Shown: positions 57,707 through 64,000 of the stretch, piece by piece
Numbering within the stretch: position 1 is the first letter of the stretch
Layout of the letters: the number at the start of each line of letters is the position of its first letter
DNA from: an archaeon
Lineage (GTDB): Archaea; B1Sed10-29; JAVZDC01
Direction: 5' to 3'
Assembly (NCBI GenBank): GCA_038874115.1
Contig: JAVZDC010000001.1
Span: 138,871 to 202,870, forward strand
DNA length: 64,000 bases
The notes under the pieces: generated by a model
The model's database searches: none
Told to the model about the DNA's origin: nothing
Seen by the model: only the letters and a program-made list of their open reading frames with translations
Made by a program: the position numbers and the translations under genes

Positions 57707-59353
57707 ATGAACGATCAGATGGGAGCACAACCTGTAATTATCTTACCTGAAAAAACTTCAAGACTTTTGGGTAAAACTGCTCAAAAAATGAATATTGCAG
57801 TAGCAAAAGCTGTTGCTGAAGCAGTAAGGTCAACCTTGGGGCCAAAAGGAATGGATAAAATGTTAGTGGATGAACTCGGAGATGTAACGATAACAAACGA
57901 TGGAGCAACGATCCTTAAAGAAATGCACATAGAACATCCAGTTGGAAAAATGATGGTTGAGGTTGCAAAAACACAAGACGAAGAAACGGGGGACGGAACA
58001 ACTTCTGCTGTTGTAATGGCTGGGGAGCTTTTAAGGAGAGCTGAAGATCTTTTAGACCAAAATATCCATCCAAGTACTTTAATTAATGGGTATAAATTGG
58101 CGTCTGAGAAAGCTCAAGAAGAGCTTCCAAAAATTGCTGAACCAGTAGATATAAAAGATACAAAAAATTTGCTTGAGGTTGCTAAAACAACCATGGCTTC
58201 AAAAGGAACTACAGGAACTTCAAAAGAGAAGCTTGCACAAATTGTCGTAGATGCTATTCAAAGAGTTGCTGAAAAAGTGGATGGTGGATGGGTAATTAAT
58301 GAAGATTATATAAAAATAGAGAAAAAACAAGGAGGAAGCTTAGATGACTCAGAGCTTATAAACGGAATAGTAATCGATAAAGAAAGAGTACACTCCGGAA
58401 TGCCTAAAAAAGTTGAAAATGCGAAAATCGCGTTACTCGACTGTGCTTTGGAAATAGAGAAAACGGAAACTGATGCAAGAATAAACATTAGCTCTCCTGA
58501 ACAATTACAACAATTCTTAGATCAAGAGGAAAAAATATTGGAGGGCATGGTAGAAAGAATAGCAAAAACTGGTGCTAATGTCGTTTTCTGCCAAAAAGGA
58601 ATTGATGATTTGGCCCAACATTACTTAGCTAAAAAAGGAATTTATGCTGTTAGAAGGGTTAAGAAATCGGATCTGGATAAACTTGCAAGAGCTACTGGGG
58701 GGAATATAGTTACGAACATTAAAGACTTGGAGTCTAAAGATTTGGGAAAAGCAGGCATTGTTGAAGAATTAAAAATTGCAGGAGAAACGATGACTTTTGT
58801 TAGAGAATGTGAAAATCCAAAAGCAGTCACAATATTAATAAGAGGAGGGACAGAGCATGTCGTTGCTGAAGCTGAAAGAGCGGTTGAAGATGCAATTGGA
58901 GCAGTTTCCTCTGCAGTTGAGATGGGTAAAATAGTGGTTGGCGGAGGTGCTGTTGAAGTTGAATTGGCAATGAAATTAAGAGAATACGCGAAAGAAGTTG
59001 GTGGAAGAGAACAATTAGCTATAGAAGCATTTGCAGACAGTTTAGAAATCATCCCTAGGACCTTGGCTGAAAGCGCAGGAATGGACCCAATAGACACGTT
59101 AGTGAAACTAAGAGCACAACATGCCAAAGGTAACAAATACATGGGAATCCATGTATTCCATGCAAAAATCGAAAATATGAAAGAAAACAACGTTCTTGAA
59201 CCAATGAAAGTTAAAAAACAAGCGATTGCAAGCGCGGCAGAAGCTGCGGAGATGATTTTAAAGATCGATGACGTTATAGCTGCAAGCAGGGAGAAAACTC
59301 CGCCTGTAGGACCAAAAGGAGAGGGGATGGGTGGAGGAGAAATGATGGACTAA
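57707..59353 (+). CDS. ths: Thermosome subunit (group II chaperonin)
   Basis: ATPase motifs GPKGMDKM and ITNDGATIL, and a C-terminal [10 protein letters not shown] tail. A strong SD (AGAGGTGG) precedes the ATG. Confidence 0.9.
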   Translation: MNDQMGAQPVIILPEKTSRLLGKTAQKMNIAVAKAVAEAVRSTLGPKGMDKMLVDELGDVTITNDGATILKEMHIEHPVGKMMVEVAKTQDEETGDGTTSAVVMAGELLRRAEDLLDQNIHPSTLINGYKLASEKAQEELPKIAEPVDIKDTKNLLEVAKTTMASKGTTGTSKEKLAQIVVDAIQRVAEKVDGGWVINEDYIKIEKKQGGSLDDSELINGIVIDKERVHSGMPKKVENAKIALLDCALEIEKTETDARINISSPEQLQQFLDQEEKILEGMVERIAKTGANVVFCQKGIDDLAQHYLAKKGIYAVRRVKKSDLDKLARATGGNIVTNIKDLESKDLGKAGIVEELKIAGETMTFVRECENPKAVTILIRGGTEHVVAEAERAVEDAIGAVSSAVEMGKIVVGGGAVEVELAMKLREYAKEVGGREQLAIEAFADSLEIIPRTLAESAGMDPIDTLVKLRAQHAKGNKYMGIHVFHAKIENMKENNVLEPMKVKKQAIASAAEAAEMILKIDDVIAASREKTPPVGPKGEGMGGGEMMD

Positions 59354-59390
59354 AGTAAAATATATAAAATCCTTTTTCTTTTTTTTTATT

Positions 59391-59717
59391 ATGCTGTTTA
59401 CGATCGTAATTTACAATGCTGATTTTGCAAAAAATCTTGCGAATTTATTGGTCGAAAATGTAGCCAACGCGCAAGTAAGGGTTAAAAAAGCATCGGATTT
59501 GTTTGATTGCTTAGCATTATTAAAACAAAGTATTTCTTCAGACTACTTAATTCTTATTGGAGAGATAGAAAAAAAGTATGAGGGGGCGTTCTATACTGGA
59601 TTAGCAGTTTTGCAGGCGGATACAGGTAAATCGATAATTAAAAAAATCTTCTCTGAAGATGAACAACCTCCAAGTTTAGAAGAAATTTTAGAAGATATTT
59701 TAAATAAAATCAGATAG
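59391..59717 (+). CDS. Hypothetical protein
   Basis: 108 aa ORF downstream of the thermosome gene. Confidence 0.3.
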   Translation: MLFTIVIYNADFAKNLANLLVENVANAQVRVKKASDLFDCLALLKQSISSDYLILIGEIEKKYEGAFYTGLAVLQADTGKSIIKKIFSEDEQPPSLEEILEDILNKIR

Positions 59718-60341
59718 CTTTTTTTGCTTAGAATTTAATTTGGAAATAGTTGACCAAGATTCTCTTACGTATTCCGGATAATTTCCTTTTAAAGACTCTA
59801 GAAACTTTATAGTTCTTGGGTCCGAAGGGTAACCGCTTCCAAAATCGTATTTTATTGATTCTTTAATGGCTTGTATTTCTTCATCTCTTTTCACTTTTGC
59901 TAAAATCGATGCTGCTGAGACTTCAGGATAACGTACGTCTGCTTTATGTCTTGCGACTATGATTCCGGAAAAATTAAAATGTTTCATTATCCTTCTTGAA
60001 AAGTTCTCTTCATCCGGGTCTGGAGCATCAATAGTTACTTTTTGTACTTTTTTATCAATTTTCTTCAAAATCTCCGCAATTTTAATGGCCTCGAGTTCGT
60101 TTAAAGATACTTTCTTTTCATCAATTTCTTTTGGAGATATTTTAACAATATAATATTCTTTAGCAAGAGTTAGAATTTTAGGAACTAATTCTTCTCTTTT
60201 GGCCTGGGTCAAAAGCTTTGAATCCTTTACTCCTATCTTTTTAAGTTTTAAAATATCGTTTTGATCAAAAACTATACATGCGATTACCATTGGTCCAATG
60301 CATGGCCCTCTTCCTGCTTCATCAATCCCTGCAACAAGCAT
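59700..60341 (-). CDS. rnhB: Ribonuclease HII
   Basis: MLVAGIDEAGRGPCIGPMVIA with the catalytic DEAGRG motif. Confidence 0.85.
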   Translation of the reverse strand: MLVAGIDEAGRGPCIGPMVIACIVFDQNDILKLKKIGVKDSKLLTQAKREELVPKILTLAKEYYIVKISPKEIDEKKVSLNELEAIKIAEILKKIDKKVQKVTIDAPDPDEENFSRRIMKHFNFSGIIVARHKADVRYPEVSAASILAKVKRDEEIQAIKESIKYDFGSGYPSDPRTIKFLESLKGNYPEYVRESWSTISKLNSKQKKLSDFI

Positions 60342-60371
60342 ATTTAATTATGAAAAAGTTATATATAAAGC

Positions 60372-61385
60372 ATGGATGAGATTAAACTTTTAAAAATTAA
60401 AGAAGGAGAAACTTGGTTAAAAGTTCCAGATTTAAACGTGTATAAAAAGCCAGAATACGCGCCAGTCTTTTATAACCCAGAGATGGCTTTTGATAGAAAC
60501 GTGAGTGTAGAATTTTTGAGAATTGTTAAACCTAAAAAAGTTTTGGATTTACTCTGCGGAATAGGAGCAAGAGGAATTAGGTATGCTAAAGAAGTTGGGG
60601 TTAATGTTATATGTAATGATGCATGCGAAAAAGCTATAGAAATTGCGAAGGAAAATGCAGGAATAAATGGGGTAGAAGTTGAATTTTCAAATGAAGAAGC
60701 GAACAGATTTCTATTGAAAAATATGGAAAAATTCGAATATATAGACATAGATCCCTTTGGATCCCCAGTTTATTTTCTAAATAATTCTTTCTTACGTATT
60801 ATTCCAAAAGGCGGATATTTAATGTGTACTGCTACAGATACTGGAACTTTATGTGGGAAGTTTGCAAAAAGGACTTTTAAAAGATATTTTGTAAAATCTG
60901 GGAAAAATTCTGCTGAGCATGAAATAGGTGTGAGAACTTTGATAGGCTGCATAGTGAGATTTGGGTTAATGTATGACATTAGTGTGAAAGTACAGTATGC
61001 GTACGCAAGAAAACATTATTATAGAGTATGTGTAAAAACTATGGGGAGTAAGGATTTGGAGAAAAACATGGAGAAAATTGGTTTTTATAAAGGCATAGGT
61101 CCTATTTGGCTTGGAGAACTTGGGGAAAAAGAGATTATAGAAAAGCTTGGAGAAGATAAAATATTTAAATACTTGAAAGAAGAATGCGAATTTGAAAAGC
61201 CATACGTGGATATACGAAAAGAATTTCCTAAAAACCCTGTGAAGATAGAAAAAGTTGTGGAAACTTTAAAAGAGCAAGGTTATAAAGCAAGTAGGACTCA
61301 TTTTTGTCCTACTGGGATAAAAACAGATGCGAGTTTTGAGGATTTAAAGAAAATTTTGGAAGATTTATCTGAAAAAGGAACTTGA
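60372..61385 (+). CDS. trm1: tRNA (guanine26-N2)-dimethyltransferase Trm1
   Basis: FYNPEMAFDRNVSV and DLLCGIGARGIRYA SAM-binding motifs, plus DIDPFGSP. Confidence 0.8.
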   Translation: MDEIKLLKIKEGETWLKVPDLNVYKKPEYAPVFYNPEMAFDRNVSVEFLRIVKPKKVLDLLCGIGARGIRYAKEVGVNVICNDACEKAIEIAKENAGINGVEVEFSNEEANRFLLKNMEKFEYIDIDPFGSPVYFLNNSFLRIIPKGGYLMCTATDTGTLCGKFAKRTFKRYFVKSGKNSAEHEIGVRTLIGCIVRFGLMYDISVKVQYAYARKHYYRVCVKTMGSKDLEKNMEKIGFYKGIGPIWLGELGEKEIIEKLGEDKIFKYLKEECEFEKPYVDIRKEFPKNPVKIEKVVETLKEQGYKASRTHFCPTGIKTDASFEDLKKILEDLSEKGT

Positions 61386-62027
61386 AATAGCAACAACTAA
61401 AAGAATAAGAACTATGAAGAAAGCTAAAACTTTGGCAAACTTCACAATTTTTTCATGTTCTGCTCCACCAGTTTCTTTCTTTTTTTCTTCTTTGGATTCT
61501 TCTTTCTTTTTTGTTTCCTCTACTTTCTTTTCTTCTTTCTTCTCCTCAAGTTTCTTTTCCTCTTTTGCTAATTCCTCCTTCTTTTCTTCAACTGATTTCT
61601 TTTTTTCCTCAACTTCAGCTTTCTTTTCAACTTCTAACTTTTGGAATATTATAGGAATTACTTCTTCTTTCTTTTTAATTTCGACACGTTTAGCTTTTTC
61701 CTTAATTTCTTTTGGTAGTTTTTCTAACAACAAACTTAAAAGAAGATATTCGTTAGATAAGTGAGTGTGAGTTTCATGAAGTTTTTCATCATATTCTTCT
61801 TTTAATTTTTTAAATATCGCTTCTTTTTTATCTTCCAAAGATCGATATCTTTCGAAAAGGGGCACCAGTTTTTCAAAATCTAATTTTTCTTGTTTTTTTT
61901 CTAAAATATGAGCCACAGCTGCAGCTAGTTTTTCCTTTTCTTTAATCTTTGACTTCTCAATCGCATTTATATATTTTTTACAGGATTCTTGCAGTCTTTT
62001 TTCAATCTCAACCATTCTTTCACGCAA
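61365..62027 (-). CDS. Lys/Glu-rich coiled-coil protein with a C-terminal TM anchor
   Basis: Highly charged KE repeats; C-terminal VLAFFIVLILLVVAISSSFF. Confidence 0.4.
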   Translation of the reverse strand: MRERMVEIEKRLQESCKKYINAIEKSKIKEKEKLAAAVAHILEKKQEKLDFEKLVPLFERYRSLEDKKEAIFKKLKEEYDEKLHETHTHLSNEYLLLSLLLEKLPKEIKEKAKRVEIKKKEEVIPIIFQKLEVEKKAEVEEKKKSVEEKKEELAKEEKKLEEKKEEKKVEETKKKEESKEEKKKETGGAEHEKIVKFAKVLAFFIVLILLVVAISSSFFR

Positions 62028-62139
62028 TGTTTTTTCTATAAATAGGGAATATCTATGGAAATATTTAAGCTTTTGTTTAATTTCTAGTTTTAAGAGAATT
62101 AAAGATCATTTACAATACGTGATATGAGGATAATTTTAC

Positions 62140-63765
62140 TTACTTCCTCTTAAATTTCTTAATAAATTCTTCCTCTTTAGATTTAATTCTTTCTATGTCC
62201 TCTTGATCAAAACAACCTTTTAAACTTTCAAGAATATTCAAACCTCTTTCCAGCCAATTCGGATATTCCTCCAGGCGCTCTTTGAAAGGAGCTGCTTTTT
62301 CGATCAATCTTCTGTTTTTTACCAGTACTTCAGCGGTTATTCTTGCGAGTTCTCTTTTAAGCATTGCTCGATCTTCTTGAGAAGCACTTCTGTACTTTTC
62401 CAATGCTTCGTTTAAATTATTTTTGATTAATCCTTCCACTTCTTGTGCAAGCTCTTTCACTTTTTGATCTTCAATAGAAACACTTCGTTTCATCTCTTCC
62501 TCCAGTTTTTCCCAGTCTGCAATAACTGATTCGGCGCTGCGTACTGTTTCTTCAAACTCCTTCCTCTTTTCTTCGACAGTTTTTGGACCCTCCGGCTTTT
62601 TTTCTTCTTCTTTTGATGGTGCTGGTGGTAGAACTGGCTTTTTTTTCCCGATTTGATCAAGCTGAAGTTTATATTGTGCTAAAAATTGCTCTGCTTTTCC
62701 CAGAGTTTCTTTCGCCTCTTTTAAAGTTTTATCTAGATCCTCGAAATTTATTTCTGGAATTTTTGGCAGCTCAAACTTCTTTTCAGGAGTTTTTGGACCT
62801 TCCGGAGCGCTTGAAGGCCTTTTTTCAGGTGCAGTCTCCTTTTCTTCGCGTCTTTGTTTGATTTCCTCTCCAAGACTATGATATAATTGTAAAGTTTTAT
62901 CCTGTATTTCTTTTAAATCTTCTGTGAACTTAGAAAAATAATTAACTGCCCTTGTAGTTTCGTTTAAATATTTATCAATCTCATTTGCAAGTTCTGAATG
63001 CTTAGGATAAATAGTTTTTAAATCGTCGGCAATCCTCTTGAGTTGTTCAAGTCTTTTCGAAAAAGTATTCGCTTGTTCTAAATATACAGGAACAATAGCA
63101 TAAACATCTCTAGTTTTATATTTTTCAAGCTCAGACAAGAATTCTGAAATTTGTTTTCTTATGTTTTTAAGATCCTTTTCTTTTACCTGTTTTGGCTCCT
63201 GAACTTTCTTAAGAGAATCTTCAACACGTGTATTAAGACTTTTTATAGTTTCTTTTGTTAATTCTACACCCTTTAGAAGATTTTTATTAACTTGCGCTAT
63301 TTGAAATAGATTCAATTTGATAAAATGACTTAACAATGTATCATACTTCCCTGCTTTAAAATCTCTATAAACTCCTTGGTGTTCTTCTAAAGCCTTAGAA
63401 ATACGAGCTAATTTATCTTGCTCAGCAGATAATTCTTCTTTAGAAAGATAAGCAGCTTGCGGCCCAACCACTTTATCATATTGTTCTGCATACTTGGATT
63501 GTAATTCTTCCAATCGCTCGACCAATCGATCTAAATGTCCTGTTTTTATAAGGCGTAAAACAGATCCATGAATATTAAAGTGCCTATTTAGTTCTTCAAG
63601 TTTATCGTGCAATTTCTTTTGTTCCTCTGGAGTTAAAGTACGCATGTAACGGGGGTTTGTAACTTTATCAAAAACATCTGCATATTCACTTTGAAGTTTC
63701 TTTATTTTCTTATTTAACTCACTTTCAAATTCAGACGAAACCCTTTTTTGATATCTTACAGCCAT
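62140..63765 (-). CDS. Large coiled-coil protein with an internal proline-rich repeat
   Basis: 541 aa; heptad-rich, with repeated APEGPKTPEKK / KKPEGPKTVEEK modules. Confidence 0.45.
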   Translation of the reverse strand: MAVRYQKRVSSEFESELNKKIKKLQSEYADVFDKVTNPRYMRTLTPEEQKKLHDKLEELNRHFNIHGSVLRLIKTGHLDRLVERLEELQSKYAEQYDKVVGPQAAYLSKEELSAEQDKLARISKALEEHQGVYRDFKAGKYDTLLSHFIKLNLFQIAQVNKNLLKGVELTKETIKSLNTRVEDSLKKVQEPKQVKEKDLKNIRKQISEFLSELEKYKTRDVYAIVPVYLEQANTFSKRLEQLKRIADDLKTIYPKHSELANEIDKYLNETTRAVNYFSKFTEDLKEIQDKTLQLYHSLGEEIKQRREEKETAPEKRPSSAPEGPKTPEKKFELPKIPEINFEDLDKTLKEAKETLGKAEQFLAQYKLQLDQIGKKKPVLPPAPSKEEEKKPEGPKTVEEKRKEFEETVRSAESVIADWEKLEEEMKRSVSIEDQKVKELAQEVEGLIKNNLNEALEKYRSASQEDRAMLKRELARITAEVLVKNRRLIEKAAPFKERLEEYPNWLERGLNILESLKGCFDQEDIERIKSKEEEFIKKFKRK

Positions 63766-63829
63766 GTCCTTTCCCTCTATTTATCATTTTATTTTTATGG
63801 CTTTTTAAAGATTTCCTTTTGTGAAAGAA

Positions 63830-64000
63830 TTATGTGAAGGAAGCAACAACTGCCACCAGTACTCCTACTACTAAAAGAAGAAGGATTATTTTCATTATAT
63901 CTTCGCTTAGGCCCGGGGATGGACCTAAACTAACCGCTGGACCTTCCACAACCGCTCCTCCACTTGGTACAATACCCCTGCCAAACCCTTTTCGCAAAGG
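63830..64000 (-). CDS. C-terminal fragment of a surface protein: Gly/Pro/Ser linker plus a C-terminal TM anchor
   Basis: Minus-strand frame is open from the window edge: ...GRGIVPSGGAVVEGPAVSLGPSPGLSEDIMKIILLLLVVGVLVAVVASFT*. The GC-rich linker stands out in AT-rich DNA. Confidence 0.35.
   Translation of the reverse strand, partial: PLRKGFGRGIVPSGGAVVEGPAVSLGPSPGLSEDIMKIILLLLVVGVLVAVVASFT

Noticed and set aside
58306-59190. Antisense ORFs inside the thermosome gene (58306..58488, 58642..59190); similar ones occur inside proS, valS, ileS, lig and psmA
   Set aside because: They are fully embedded in highly conserved genes on the opposite strand, so they are treated as artefacts.
1-64000. Search for CRISPR arrays, transposases, integrases and prophage boundaries
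   Set aside because: No regularly spaced direct repeats, no transposase or integrase-like ORFs and no att-like duplication next to the tRNA genes were seen, so no mobile element is called.

Overview
This window is AT-rich (about 30-35% GC) archaeal chromosome. The gene content is archaeal (TFIIB, Gar1, Alba, archaeal-type SAM synthetase, thermosome, prefoldin, the exosome/proteasome superoperon, aIF5A, L37ae/L15e/L10e), and the compact layout, many membrane-anchored surface proteins and several bacterial-looking sugar genes suggest a small-genome archaeon, possibly DPANN-like. Main blocks: (i) 1-6985 and 14539-16840, a glycosylation locus with three GT1 and one GT2 glycosyltransferases around a bacterial-type CDP-3,6-dideoxyhexose pathway (rfbF-rfbG-RmlC-like-RmlD-like-rfbH). 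(ii) 7064-12251, gar1-tfb, surface proteins, archaeal metK and a histone-fold protein. (iii) 16941-24535, surface/adhesin-like genes, argS, Lrp and a tRNA cluster (Arg, Glu, Pro, Leu, Thr, and Ala on the minus strand). (iv) 26721-30103, secG followed by three tandem paralogous membrane-anchored proteins. (v) 30113-35102, DNA ligase, a RuvC-like protein, Alba and a large sequon-rich beta-helix surface protein. (vi) 37010-45366 on the minus strand, the complete archaeal exosome superoperon (Rpp30-Pop5-PsmA-SBDS-Rrp4-Rrp41-Rrp42-L37ae-RpoP-Brix-PfdB) extended by a DHH phosphoesterase and two PRC-barrel genes, then L15e-L10e-SmAP-MinD. (vii) 48091-61385, aIF5A, proS, two class I aminoacyl-tRNA synthetases (Val/Ile), thermosome, RNase HII and Trm1. 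No CRISPR array, transposase, integrase or rRNA was seen. The most notable items are the bacterial-type 3,6-dideoxyhexose cluster (E1 signature present, E3 absent), the tandem paralogous ectodomain triplet, the superoperon extension with a nanoRNase-like DHH enzyme, two small genes missing from the ORF track (secG, rpoP), an Alba gene whose start and RBS lie inside the upstream ORF, and one compositionally foreign gene.
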